Shown piece by piece: positions 22,962 through 33,660 of a DNA stretch of 64,000 bases. The position numbers and the translations under genes were made by a program. The first letter of the stretch is position 1. Each line of letters begins with the position of its first letter. The notes below the pieces were generated by a model. That model did not search any database. It was not told where the DNA came from and saw nothing but the letters and a program-made list of their open reading frames with translations. The stretch is taken from positions 124,001-188,000 of IMG/VR virus record IMGVR_UViG_3300032675_000001; one strand, 5' to 3'.

Positions 22962-25900
22962 TTAAGAACCTGATGCTGGCCCCGTTATACCAGATATTGA
23001 GTTGCTTATTGCCTGCAAATTAGCCGCTGCTGATATTTGCAACGCCTGCGTGGATGTTCCTGCCAATCCATTTAACAGTGCTTGGTTATTAGCCTGAGAC
23101 AAAGAATTAGCAGTGGAGTTAAGCGATGAAAAATCACTCGTCAGTGATCCCGCGCTCGTCGCAAGTGCACCAATTGCAGAAGTAGACAGCGTTGATGCAC
23201 CTACTCCATTTGGCAGGGCATTTGACAAACCAGTGACACTTCCTGTAACTGAGGCAAGTCCTATCGTTGGGCTTCCTCCGGTTACTGATCCCAATAGACT
23301 TGAAATCGTAGAATTTGATGGGTTTGTTCCAGATGCATCTGCTGCTGCAACTGCGGTAGCAGTCGCATTCGTAGTTGTTGATGTCATAGATGCGGCGGTG
23401 CTTGCGGTTCCTGCTCCGCCGTCTATTGCTGCCGAGTTACCCAAATCATCTAGCTGCTTATTCAACGAAATATATGTAGGATCATTGAACAATGCCATAT
23501 ATGCATTATATGCAGAAGTGATGCCAGGATCACCAGCAGGTAGCGTTGCTTGAGCAGCTTCATATGCTTGCTTGGCAGCATCAATTTTATCATCCCATGC
23601 TTGAAGCTGATCCATAATCTTAAAGCCTTGGTTTGCATTTGCTATCAACGCATCTGCTTGATCTTGCGTACTTTGTGATACGCCACCAACAAGATTTGGC
23701 ATAGGAATACCTGGGTCGCCCAAAACTTTTGTTATTTGAGAAGTAATACTTGTGCGATCCGTGGTATTGACACCGAGAGTAGGAAGTTTGATGGTAGAAG
23801 GTCCACCAGAAGCCAACGATGCAATAGAAGATTGCAACTGAGCTATGGCTCCAACTGGCAAACCGGCAGACGCAAGTGCAGTAAGTCCATTTAGTTGTCC
23901 CTGCGCACTTCCCAAAGCATTTGATACTGTGTTGCCCAATGATCCTCCTGCTAAGCCTGACAATGAAGATGATATTCCACTCATCGCGGCTGTCTGTGCT
24001 GAATTTATAGCACCAGAAATTGCGCTTAAACCGGGTATAGAGTTTACAGCACCCGGTGCATTGTTTATGATAGAACCGGCAGTGCTTATTCCTCCCGGAA
24101 GATTACTCATTCCACTTGCGAGTGCAGAAGAAACAGAGGATGAACCGCCAGCTTGAATAGATGCGGCAGATGATGCCAATGAAGACAGTCCTCCTGTAGA
24201 TATAGTTGGACCTGCCCCTGCTATAGCACTTACAGAGTTTACTGCGGTCTGTATTCCTCCTACTATAGGATTGATCGCATTGACAACTGATGTTACCCCA
24301 GCCACTGCTCCACTCACGGAACTAGCAACACCGGTTATTCCGCCTATAGTAGTTGTTATTGTATTTGGCGTAGCTGATAATGTAGTTGCTGCTGTTGACA
24401 ATACATTTGTTGCCTGTGTTATTGATCCTGTAATTCCGCCAATACTATTGTTTAACAATCCTGCTGCTGCGTTTACCGAACCAATAGCAGAGGATGCAGC
24501 ATTTAATGCCCCAGAAGCGGCTGAGGCTATACCTGATAGTCCAGAAGTTGATATTCCAATACTGTTTGCTGCACCTGCTATACTTGATAGTCCTCCTGCC
24601 AAGCTTGCAGCCGAATTAATAGTGCTAGATAGCCCACCGAGGGCACTGGATGCGGCACCAAGCACCGAACTACCCAACTGTGAACTCTGGCTTGCTGTTG
24701 CTGCTGCAGTGGCCGCGTTGGCTTTTGCAATAGCAGTAAGATTTTGTGGTACACCAGCCTTTAATGGCTTAAATGAATTCTTGATGGCGTTAAACGCTGA
24801 TGCTGCAACACCTTCTGCCTGATTCAAAAGATTTGCCAAACTTGGAACACTTCCCATTGCGGTGAGTGCACTTGCGATTCCACCGAGGCCACCAATAGAT
24901 GATGCCAATCCGGCTGCTGCTGATCCTGATCCTATTGCATTCAAAGCTGACTGTGCCGTGTTAAGTGCACCAGTAACTTGTCCTACTGCTCCAGCAACTT
25001 GTCCTACTGTGCTATTGACTACACCAGCGGCGGCACCGGCCAATGCACCAGCAGCGCCTCCTACAGCGCCTCCTACAGCATTTGATACACTGTTGGATAC
25101 TCCGCCGATACCACTTGACGTTGCAAGTTGACTGGTTACTCCACTTATAGATTGAACAGCAGCCAGTGTTGAGTTGATCCCACAGGTAGCGGCAGCAGTT
25201 ACCAATCCCGCAACCTGTGCTGGTGCTTCGGCTCCGGTTATTGCACCTGCAGCACCAAGTGCAGTTTGTGCTTGTTGCATGGTATTAACTAATGCTGTAG
25301 CTTGTGCTACCGGATTCTGAACCAATGCAGTCAGATTAGTTGCCCCCGGAGCACCAGTAAACAGATTGTTTGTCATCGCTGATACGGCATTTGAACCAGA
25401 TGATATTAATCCATTGACCAGAGTTGAAGCACCTGGTTTTAAAACCCCAGCACTTGATAGCTGTGATGGCGTTAGAGCAAATGAACCTACTGCACACACA
25501 TTTCCTGTTGCAGTTGAAATTACTGCTGCACCTTGTGATGTGGCGGCGGCTAATGGCCCATTAGCAGCCTGTTTTGCAACGCCTGCTACCATTGCTGATG
25601 TAGTGTTTGTGTTAAGTGCAGCAGATACTGGAGGTGTAGATGGAGCAGACGCAACGGTAGCCACTGCGGGAGGAGTTGCTGATGGTGTTGCTGCTGCGGC
25701 AGCAGTAGTTTGTTGAACTGCCGAGGAAGAAGATGCTGGTAAATTTGAAGAAGCATCAAGTGACGTTTTTACGTCTACGCCTTGTCCCGCATTTGCCCAT
25801 GGTGCGTGTGCGGGTGCGCGCGAGCATATTGAAAGTAATTTTCCAGGAGCAGCCATGAAGCCTTTGGTTTGATCGTATAGCGTATCAGTTTGTGCAACCA

Positions 25901-27191
25901 AAGGAATGATTGGAACTGCTACTGGTGATGTTCCGGGAGCACCACTGTTTAAATTTACTTTTGATCCGTTTACGTATGCCTGACCTCCACCGACGAGTGA
26001 TGCGTCACCTCCTGCACCAAGTGCAATTGCTCCACCAGCAAGCACTGTATATTTGCCGAGTGCACTAAAGTTAATATCTTGCGTTGCTCTACCTGTTATA
26101 ACCTGTTCAGAGTTAAATCGTATGTTCTTACCTTGGAAATTCATATCTTCCATTGCATGAATATTGATATTCTGGTCTGCATGGAGGTTTAAGTCACCCT
26201 GGGTTCTCACATTAACTGAGTTAGTAGAGTACATATCAATCGTGCCCTCTTTACCCAACTCAATATATGATTGGCCATTTGAGTGGAGAATCATTAATGT
26301 CTGACCATCATCGCTCATTAGAATTTGATGACCAAGTGCAGTTCTGATTCTTATAAGCTGGTCGCGACCGATGACATCCCCATCGTCCATAACGATTGAA
26401 TGGCCGCCGCGTCTTGCCACAATTTGAAGTTGCGTGTTTTTTGATGGGTCTAGATTATTTGGTAGAGTTGAGTCATCATACCCACCAGCATAGATTGGTC
26501 TTCCGGGTGTGGATACACCCCAACCAACGCGACTGGCTGGTTCACGTGAAGCACTAGACGAAATAGGTCCACGAATAGGATCACGTATGATTCCTTGCTG
26601 GTTCATTATAGAAGCAGTATAACTATGTACTGGTCTAGGAGATGAATTAAACTGTGGGCTGTTTGTTTGACTTGGATTATTAGTATTCATGTTAGTCACT
26701 GGTAGCCTGACAGCACCACCATAACTCTCAGCTTCACCATCATTTGCAACAATATTATCAGATGAACCTATAGCAGGAACCATGTGCAGGGATTCAGGTT
26801 CTGGAACAGAACCTATATAAAAACCATAGTTTTGGTCACCATTAACGAATATACAAATAACCTTAGTACCGATATCGGGAGGAGCGTTCCATTGCCCATA
26901 TGAACTAGGATTAGATTTATATGTCCCATTATCATCACTCCCACTTCCTGCTGTAGGTTGGACCGTCCCAAAAAATGTACTGAGGTAGCTTACTGTAACC
27001 CAATTATCGGAACTATCCGAGTCGTTTGGACTTTTGTCACCAAGAAGAACTTTGATACGTCCAGAACATGTTGGGTCAATATTATCTTTGACTATACCAA
27101 AAACAGGAAAGTTTTTAGTATTTCCTCCACTGGTCTTTGCTGGATCGGCGGTTTTTAGTGCACCTGTCGTTTTCACTGTGTCTAATGGCAT
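22962..27191 (-). CDS. Central spike, gp5/VgrG-like, with a long Ala/Ser/Gly-rich C-terminal extension
   Basis: N-terminal OB-fold pattern (GIVKDNIDP..SGRIKV; PPDIGTKV.C.F.NGD); GHSIVMDD/GHQILMSD beta-helix repeats; then ~930 aa of low complexity. Confidence 0.75.
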   Translation of the reverse strand: MPLDTVKTTGALKTADPAKTSGGNTKNFPVFGIVKDNIDPTCSGRIKVLLGDKSPNDSDSSDNWVTVSYLSTFFGTVQPTAGSGSDDNGTYKSNPSSYGQWNAPPDIGTKVICIFVNGDQNYGFYIGSVPEPESLHMVPAIGSSDNIVANDGEAESYGGAVRLPVTNMNTNNPSQTNSPQFNSSPRPVHSYTASIMNQQGIIRDPIRGPISSSASREPASRVGWGVSTPGRPIYAGGYDDSTLPNNLDPSKNTQLQIVARRGGHSIVMDDGDVIGRDQLIRIRTALGHQILMSDDGQTLMILHSNGQSYIELGKEGTIDMYSTNSVNVRTQGDLNLHADQNINIHAMEDMNFQGKNIRFNSEQVITGRATQDINFSALGKYTVLAGGAIALGAGGDASLVGGGQAYVNGSKVNLNSGAPGTSPVAVPIIPLVAQTDTLYDQTKGFMAAPGKLLSICSRAPAHAPWANAGQGVDVKTSLDASSNLPASSSSAVQQTTAAAAATPSATPPAVATVASAPSTPPVSAALNTNTTSAMVAGVAKQAANGPLAAATSQGAAVISTATGNVCAVGSFALTPSQLSSAGVLKPGASTLVNGLISSGSNAVSAMTNNLFTGAPGATNLTALVQNPVAQATALVNTMQQAQTALGAAGAITGAEAPAQVAGLVTAAATCGINSTLAAVQSISGVTSQLATSSGIGGVSNSVSNAVGGAVGGAAGALAGAAAGVVNSTVGQVAGAVGQVTGALNTAQSALNAIGSGSAAAGLASSIGGLGGIASALTAMGSVPSLANLLNQAEGVAASAFNAIKNSFKPLKAGVPQNLTAIAKANAATAAATASQSSQLGSSVLGAASSALGGLSSTINSAASLAGGLSSIAGAANSIGISTSGLSGIASAASGALNAASSAIGSVNAAAGLLNNSIGGITGSITQATNVLSTAATTLSATPNTITTTIGGITGVASSVSGAVAGVTSVVNAINPIVGGIQTAVNSVSAIAGAGPTISTGGLSSLASSAASIQAGGSSSVSSALASGMSNLPGGISTAGSIINNAPGAVNSIPGLSAISGAINSAQTAAMSGISSSLSGLAGGSLGNTVSNALGSAQGQLNGLTALASAGLPVGAIAQLQSSIASLASGGPSTIKLPTLGVNTTDRTSITSQITKVLGDPGIPMPNLVGGVSQSTQDQADALIANANQGFKIMDQLQAWDDKIDAAKQAYEAAQATLPAGDPGITSAYNAYMALFNDPTYISLNKQLDDLGNSAAIDGGAGTASTAASMTSTTTNATATAVAAADASGTNPSNSTISSLLGSVTGGSPTIGLASVTGSVTGLSNALPNGVGASTLSTSAIGALATSAGSLTSDFSSLNSTANSLSQANNQALLNGLAGTSTQALQISAAANLQAISNSISGITGPASGS

Positions 27192-27213
27192 ATGTTATTC
27201 TCTTTATAAGCTA

Positions 27214-29787
27214 TTAATTTTCGGTACTATTGCTACTCATACTAACCCAAGATGAAGTTGTAGAATTCCATACATAATTTGAACCCGGAGGTGTTCCCAC
27301 AGGGTTAGCCGAGCTACTAGTGGCGACACCATCATCATTTGCTACTCCTTGAGAAGTCGTTGCTTGGGTTGGTGTATTGGTAGACGTGTTAGTTGGGGTT
27401 TGTTGTGGCTGAGCATTATTAACCGGAGGATCAGCAACAGTACCGGAATTCGTACTACTCTTTGTTGGGTTCGTGCTTGGTCCACTGGCGGTTCCGGTAC
27501 TTGACGTTGTTGGTCTTGCGTTTCCAGTATTGGTAGGCTCAGAATCCTGCATGGTATTCACTATTCCTTCCAATTTCTGTTTAAATGATCCATTGGAAAA
27601 AGTACTAGTAACATCAGTCAACATATAACTAATACCTTTTACATTAACATTTTGTGGATATTTAAAAAACAAAATACTATCGTTAATGGAAAGTGTTCCG
27701 GGATTTCCGGTTATACCTTGACCATTTGTACTGTTTGCAGGTATAATGTTTACGCCACCCGATGAATAATCAACCGCTTCTTTGAAATTTACCTCTATGA
27801 ATACCTGACCTCCATTTGGGTTTATAGTAAATCCATCCGGCCCATAAAACTGATCATATACAGTGTTAATACTCGATTCAGTGACGGACATGAGATAATC
27901 AGGATCACCAAAAATAGTCATTGACATATCTGCATATGCAGTCGGATCATACAAATTGGTTATATAGGAATTTTGTGCTTCCATACCATCACCAATTTTG
28001 CCAGTAGTTGGTTGATTTGTTTTTTGATTTGGTGCAAGAGCAATATCTTGCTGACTAGCAGATGTTGGGGGAGACTTATTGGAAGTAGTAGATGTTCCGG
28101 GCTGGGCATTTCCTGTATTGGAACCGCCACTTCCATTATTGTTACTTTCGGATGCTCCTCCTATAACATAGTTATAGTACAGATTATTCATATTCTGCTC
28201 ATATGATATGATTTCTGAATTTTGTCCAGTGTACCAGTAATCATATCTTTTATGAGGACCATAATATGAAGGGCCACCTTTAGCGTAGGGAGTTTCAACA
28301 ACCGGCGTTTTATACACTGATATTACATAATTGATATTGTATGTCCAATCTTTTATAGAATCGTCCCATTGTGGTTTTGATATCTCTGGACTACAATTGT
28401 ACCAGTTTATTTCAGCTTTTCCAGTACTTGTTACAGTTGGTTGTCCTCCCTTTTTCGGATCGGCTTCAGGAACAGAAGCATAGATTGCGTTGAGAGCATC
28501 TGACAAATATGTGCTTTGCGCGATTATTTGGTTTATAGCTGCAAGAATAGTTTGATCATTATTGAATGTTATGCTTCTTGCTTTTGTGTTTGTGATGGCG
28601 CGTATTTCAGTTGCAGCATTTGATTCTTCTGTTGTTTTTGCAGAACTAGTTGGCGTTTTCGATTTGTCTAAATCTGCTTGAGAGAAGATAGAAGCATTAT
28701 ATATAAGTTCAGTTCCAGGATTAAACGTTACGGTATACGTGTTTGCCAATTTAGATATAGGTGGATTCTGTTTCTTTTGTGATGACGATATCGTGTTTAG
28801 TTTTGTGAACAGATCGCCAATCAGTTCATCTACCGTTGTTCCAGTAACAGTTATATTATAAGGAATAATCCCCCTTTTAGTGGAATATGCCGCGCCCGGA
28901 GAAAGAGCGGCTGCTTCTACTGCATACTGCACAACCCTTCCATCAATTTTGGTTTTAACGGCAGTAATACCTATATCATGAAAAGTCTCAAAAAGCGCAC
29001 CATTAGATGAATTTGGGTCTAGTGGACTGCCATCAAAAACTTCAGTAGGTTTAACTAAGTTTCCAGATGAATCATATCCAAAAAAACGAATACCTAATAT
29101 AAAAATTTGTTTGGTTGGATTTTGTGGATTGGATTTTCCTATTGATTTTGAATATTGATCAATAGCATCAGATGCTGTTCTTAATCTAGTTATGAATGAA
29201 AAACCATATGGTTCTGTTATTGTGAAATTTATGGTACTTTCATTTGTAGCACTTTTTGTTTGTTTTCCACTTATTGCCTGCTTAATAGTAAGGTTATCGA
29301 TGTAATAATCATATTGAAACCCAGCAGCACGTTGACTATCTTTGTTGTTTACACCACCACTTTGTGCAATAATAAACGCACCTGGACCAGTTCCTGCACC
29401 AGTAGGACTGATATTACTTCCATTGAGTATGTTTATGTTTGTTCTACCAGAAGCCACAAATGCGTCATATGCGTCAGGAGTAATCATATACAATGTTATT
29501 TGATATGTGTAACTTGAAAGATACGCCAATGGATTTTTCAATCTTCTACCCGGCGTAGAATTCGCAACTGTTTTTTTTGGAGTTTGAACAACACTACTTG
29601 TCCCACCAGTGTTTGTTACTGGTGTTGCTGCATTTGGATTTGGTGGCGTGGATGAGGGACCACCTGATACTGGGGGAGTTGGGTTATTGGGTTGCTGTGG
29701 TGCACCAGTGGGATTGGTAGTGGTAGAAGCACTATCATCATTTGATGGAGAATTTAATATTTGTGTAGTTGGTGTTATTGCACCCAT
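27214..29787 (-). CDS. Baseplate hub protein (gp27-like)
   Basis: Lies between LysM-like gene and spike; ITEPYG, KRYDYWYTGQN, IFGDPDYL and VTSTFSNGSFKQ.L motifs. Confidence 0.6.
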   Translation of the reverse strand: MGAITPTTQILNSPSNDDSASTTTNPTGAPQQPNNPTPPVSGGPSSTPPNPNAATPVTNTGGTSSVVQTPKKTVANSTPGRRLKNPLAYLSSYTYQITLYMITPDAYDAFVASGRTNINILNGSNISPTGAGTGPGAFIIAQSGGVNNKDSQRAAGFQYDYYIDNLTIKQAISGKQTKSATNESTINFTITEPYGFSFITRLRTASDAIDQYSKSIGKSNPQNPTKQIFILGIRFFGYDSSGNLVKPTEVFDGSPLDPNSSNGALFETFHDIGITAVKTKIDGRVVQYAVEAAALSPGAAYSTKRGIIPYNITVTGTTVDELIGDLFTKLNTISSSQKKQNPPISKLANTYTVTFNPGTELIYNASIFSQADLDKSKTPTSSAKTTEESNAATEIRAITNTKARSITFNNDQTILAAINQIIAQSTYLSDALNAIYASVPEADPKKGGQPTVTSTGKAEINWYNCSPEISKPQWDDSIKDWTYNINYVISVYKTPVVETPYAKGGPSYYGPHKRYDYWYTGQNSEIISYEQNMNNLYYNYVIGGASESNNNGSGGSNTGNAQPGTSTTSNKSPPTSASQQDIALAPNQKTNQPTTGKIGDGMEAQNSYITNLYDPTAYADMSMTIFGDPDYLMSVTESSINTVYDQFYGPDGFTINPNGGQVFIEVNFKEAVDYSSGGVNIIPANSTNGQGITGNPGTLSINDSILFFKYPQNVNVKGISYMLTDVTSTFSNGSFKQKLEGIVNTMQDSEPTNTGNARPTTSSTGTASGPSTNPTKSSTNSGTVADPPVNNAQPQQTPTNTSTNTPTQATTSQGVANDDGVATSSSANPVGTPPGSNYVWNSTTSSWVSMSSNSTEN

Positions 29788-29788
29788 C

Positions 29789-30106
29789 TCAGATTCCTAA
29801 ATATGCCTGTAAGGTAGACAGTGTTGGGACATATATCCCTGTTCCAGCAGTAAAGTTAAAATATGGGTCCGGACCTAAACTGTTTGGATTTCTTGCAGCA
29901 AAAACCCACCAGAGTCTTTGATCGTTATACAAGTCATATGCCAACATGTCTGGTCTATACTCATACGCTGCAGGTATAGTATAATAGATGTCACTGGAAT
30001 TTCTAGGCAACAGTCGGTATTGCATAACATCTAAATATTTGTTATCTACAACATTAGTTGTATAATACGGACTTGTTGCAGTATAAATTGTTTGATTATA
30101 TGCCAT
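29789..30106 (-). CDS. Baseplate wedge protein, gp53/LysM-like
   Basis: YEYRPDMLAYDLY...LWWVFA.RN LysM-like motif; start at 30106 overlaps the upstream stop (TAATG). Confidence 0.8.
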   Translation of the reverse strand: MAYNQTIYTATSPYYTTNVVDNKYLDVMQYRLLPRNSSDIYYTIPAAYEYRPDMLAYDLYNDQRLWWVFAARNPNSLGPDPYFNFTAGTGIYVPTLSTLQAYLGI

Positions 30107-31563
30107 TACCACATACCTCCACCAGGTCTTCTTGTTCCTGCCAATAATTTACCAGATGCATAATCCGCAAGACTGAACTGATTGGAAATCTGATTTCTAC
30201 TTATGATTGGTAAGCAAGTTATTGACAATTGTATTTTTGTAGGAACCCATGTTACACCAACACTAGCCCCTTGCTGAGAAGCACCATAATTTGGCGGTGG
30301 GGGAGTTCCTCCCGGAGAAATCAATGACCCCAATCTGTTTATCGCGCTTGATATGCTCTGAATACTATTCTGTAAGCTCCCCGCAGGAGATGGTGCTTGC
30401 GTTTTAATATAATCAACATCGTTTGGCAAACTATATGTGAAGTTTGTTATGGCCAATGGATGAGCAGAAAACTGATAGTCACCCATGCCATACATATAAC
30501 ATAAAGGTGGTGGAGTTCCGGGTTTAGGATTCTGATCTTGCCCATAAAACATTTTAGTCATAGTTCTAAAGAAGTGAATGACTGCCAATAAGTAGTTTGC
30601 TTCTGACACATCCTGTGCAGTAAAATCGCCCGTAATAGAAACACTATCAATAGAACTGCTAGTATATTGATTGATAGCATAGTTACTATGGGTTGGTGAA
30701 TCACTTGAATACTTAGCAGCATAACTTACTTGAATCTGTGGAGTATACGGGAATATAACTCCATCAGTACCACCCTTTGTTGATAGAGGTTTTAAAATTC
30801 CCGGATTATTTGAGTTATACAAATAAGTTGCGCCGGGTGCTAAAGATAGTCTTACTCGCCAGTCTGCTTTGGCAGCAAACATCGCCTGATCTTGTGCCGT
30901 AGCAGATGCTTGGGTTGCTGCGACATTCCCGGTCAATCCCGATGCTGAACCAGTAGCAGATGATTGTGGGGCTTGAATGGGTGGAGTCTGTATATTATCT
31001 ATAGCCGATGTATCAATAGGAGCAATAGGTATCGGATCAGTTGATATTGATGCAGCAGGTATTTGGGGCACAGAAATGGTTGGGTCTACTGCACCACCTT
31101 CATCTGGGTCCCATGGAGTAGGGTCAGATACTGTTGGCCCAGTCGTTGCGTTATTGTCTATAGTTGTATTCGTATTCGGATCAGTGGTTGTTGCTGGACT
31201 TGATTCCGTAGAAGGGGTTGATGCCGTTTGCTGAGGCTGCTGTAACGTTGCTTGTATCTGATTTTCTTGTGATTGTATAGCATCACCTAAATTGCCAGTC
31301 AGACCCTGAACAGCAGCTATAGTCGCAGGATCGGTAATAGTCTGAGTTTGACCATTAACCTTTAGTGAAAGACTTACTATATTTCCATTAGCATCATAGT
31401 CATAACCCCCCGTACTTATACTATAACTCGAAGATGACAGATTGTATGATGATCCATTAGGTAATGTAAAGCTTGAGCTATAAGTTCCCGAATCAGGAGA
31501 ATATGTAGTTGTTACTACTGCGCCGCCTGTAATGGTAGTTGGTTGACTTGTATTATCTGCCAT
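30106..31563 (-). CDS. Tail-tube initiator / baseplate protein (gp48/54-like) with a Thr/Pro/Gln-rich N-terminal extension
   Basis: DWRVRLSL...GVIFPYTP.I, HFFRTMTKMFYG and PPP motifs; head of the baseplate operon. Confidence 0.6.
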   Translation of the reverse strand: MADNTSQPTTITGGAVVTTTYSPDSGTYSSSFTLPNGSSYNLSSSSYSISTGGYDYDANGNIVSLSLKVNGQTQTITDPATIAAVQGLTGNLGDAIQSQENQIQATLQQPQQTASTPSTESSPATTTDPNTNTTIDNNATTGPTVSDPTPWDPDEGGAVDPTISVPQIPAASISTDPIPIAPIDTSAIDNIQTPPIQAPQSSATGSASGLTGNVAATQASATAQDQAMFAAKADWRVRLSLAPGATYLYNSNNPGILKPLSTKGGTDGVIFPYTPQIQVSYAAKYSSDSPTHSNYAINQYTSSSIDSVSITGDFTAQDVSEANYLLAVIHFFRTMTKMFYGQDQNPKPGTPPPLCYMYGMGDYQFSAHPLAITNFTYSLPNDVDYIKTQAPSPAGSLQNSIQSISSAINRLGSLISPGGTPPPPNYGASQQGASVGVTWVPTKIQLSITCLPIISRNQISNQFSLADYASGKLLAGTRRPGGGMW

Positions 31564-31638
31564 ATTTTCCTCTGATAAATAGACTTTGCTCTATTTGTAT
31601 TTATCGCTCAAAAAAACTCGTTTTTTTACCCATAACTG

Positions 31639-31667
31639 TTGTATTTTTACAACAGGGATAGTACAAT
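31639..31667 (+). promoter_or_regulatory. Sigma70-type promoter upstream of the late sigma factor gene
   Basis: TTGTAT-17 nt-TACAAT. Confidence 0.5.
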
Positions 31668-31691
31668 AGTAATCTACGCAGAGGATCAACC

Positions 31692-32585
31692 GTGGCGATT
31701 AAACCAAAGAAACCAATAAACTACTTAAACAATAGAGACATTCTCAAAGAGATACACAAGAGCAAGGCAACATACTGTTATTATACCCAACCAGAGTATC
31801 ACATGTATGATCTGATTATTGATGCTCCGGAAAGTTCAATAGAGTTTAGCCTTGAATACGCACTTAAAGATGAACAAATACAGACTGCAAAAATAGTTAG
31901 AGCGGCAAGGTTATCACAGGAATCAGAACAGAAAATTCTTCCAGATTCTATCCCTACACAAGATTTAGTTTTTCGCGTTATGACTTGGGATCACATTCCG
32001 GTATCACAGAAGCAACCAAGAAAGACCACCAAGAAGAAAACCGCCAAGGACATCATAGCATTTGACGAAGATGATGTTGAGGACTTTTCAGACTTAGAAG
32101 ATAAGTCAACCAAAGGCGAGGTGGATGATATGGTTCACGTAAAGGTTAACTTCCCTCCATTCCAACATTTTAAACTTGATGAAACCAACACATTTAGATG
32201 TGTTGGTAAATCTCATTGGGTTGATGGCATTGAGAATGGACACTTTTCTAAAGATCACGGCAACATCACTAACAAGTTAGCTCGTATGTATATGATGCTT
32301 TGTGAGAAGTATGCTATGAAGTTCAACTGGCGCGGCTACACTTACAATGATGAAATGAAGGCGAGTGCCGTTTTACAGTTAACTTATGTCGGTCTACGTT
32401 TCAACGAAGCTAAATCGGCAAACCCATTTGCCTATTATACAGCAGCAATCACGAATAGCTTTTGCCGGGTGTTAAACACGGAAAAGCGCAATCAAAGCAT
32501 TCGTGATGACATTCTTGAGATGAATGGATTGAACCCGTCATTCTCGCGACAGATGAGTACGCCAAAGGCACCGATCATAGAATAA
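31692..32585 (+). CDS. Late-transcription sigma factor, T4 gp55-like
   Basis: NYLNN.D.L.EI; NWRGYTYNDEM; FNEAKSANPFAYYT; adjacent to gp47/gp46 as in T4-like phages. Confidence 0.85.
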   Translation: MAIKPKKPINYLNNRDILKEIHKSKATYCYYTQPEYHMYDLIIDAPESSIEFSLEYALKDEQIQTAKIVRAARLSQESEQKILPDSIPTQDLVFRVMTWDHIPVSQKQPRKTTKKKTAKDIIAFDEDDVEDFSDLEDKSTKGEVDDMVHVKVNFPPFQHFKLDETNTFRCVGKSHWVDGIENGHFSKDHGNITNKLARMYMMLCEKYAMKFNWRGYTYNDEMKASAVLQLTYVGLRFNEAKSANPFAYYTAAITNSFCRVLNTEKRNQSIRDDILEMNGLNPSFSRQMSTPKAPIIE

Positions 32586-32643
32586 TATTATCAATTGTAC
32601 CATATTGATTGATTTTTTTGTTCAAATGGTCTATACATAAGTT

Positions 32644-33660
32644 ATGTCGAACCTATTCAAAAAAGCAGCAGTATTCACCGACATACACTTTGGACTAAAG
32701 AGCAATAGCCTGCAACACAATCAAGATTGTGCAGACTTTGTTGATTGGTTTATAGAGAAGGCAAAATCTGAAGGGTGTGAAACGTGTTTGTTTTTGGGTG
32801 ATTGGAATCACCACAGAGCAAGCATTAACATTCACACCCTCCAGTTTGGTCTTCGTGCATTAGAAAAACTCAATGCATCGTTTGAAAAAGTGTATTTCAT
32901 TCCCGGCAACCATGATCTCTACTACCGAGACCGTAGAGACATTCATTCAGTTGAGTGGGCATCTCATCTGCCTAATGTGACCATCGTAAACGATTGGTTC
33001 AGTGAAGGCAATGTTGTGATCGCTCCTTGGCTGGTGGGTGAAGACTATAAGAACCTACCCAAACTAAAGGGTAAGTATCTTTTCTCGCATATGGAACTAC
33101 CAAACTTCTATATGAACGCAATGGTTGAAATGCCAGATCATGGCGAAGTCAACCTTGATCACATCAAACACTTTGATCGCGTATTTTCTGGACACTTCCA
33201 CAAGCGCCAATCCAAGAAAAACGTCTGGTATATTGGTAATGCCTTCCCGCATAACTATGCAGATGCTGGTGATGATGCGCGTGGTATGATGATATTGGAA
33301 TGGGACCAAGAACCTGAGTTTTATTCATGGCCCGGACAGCCAATGTTCCGTGTATACAAACTCAGTGAGATTCTTGACAATCCAGAAGGATTACTTCTTC
33401 CGAAGTCAAACGTGAGAGTTCATCTTGATATTGACATCTCATACGAAGAAGCAAACTTTATCCGAGAAACTTTAATCCCGACATACAGTCTTCGTGAAAT
33501 GGCACTTATTCCAGTAAAGAATAGTGAACATTCACAAGACTTGGCACCGGGAGAACTAAAGTTTGAGTCCGTTGACCAGATTGTATTAGAAAGTATAAAT
33601 AACTTAGAAAGTTCCACCTTCGATAGGAATTTACTAAGGAGCATATATGATAATCTGTGA
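32644..33660 (+). CDS. Recombination nuclease, gp47/Mre11/SbcD-like
   Basis: Metallophosphoesterase motifs DIH, GD, GNHD, H, SGHFH. Confidence 0.92.
   Translation: MSNLFKKAAVFTDIHFGLKSNSLQHNQDCADFVDWFIEKAKSEGCETCLFLGDWNHHRASINIHTLQFGLRALEKLNASFEKVYFIPGNHDLYYRDRRDIHSVEWASHLPNVTIVNDWFSEGNVVIAPWLVGEDYKNLPKLKGKYLFSHMELPNFYMNAMVEMPDHGEVNLDHIKHFDRVFSGHFHKRQSKKNVWYIGNAFPHNYADAGDDARGMMILEWDQEPEFYSWPGQPMFRVYKLSEILDNPEGLLLPKSNVRVHLDIDISYEEANFIRETLIPTYSLREMALIPVKNSEHSQDLAPGELKFESVDQIVLESINNLESSTFDRNLLRSIYDNL

Noticed and set aside
23113-25716. Long plus-strand ORFs antisense to the spike gene, and similar shadow ORFs opposite the tape-measure and fibre genes
   Set aside because: Expected antisense shadows of Ala/Gly/Ser-rich coding sequence
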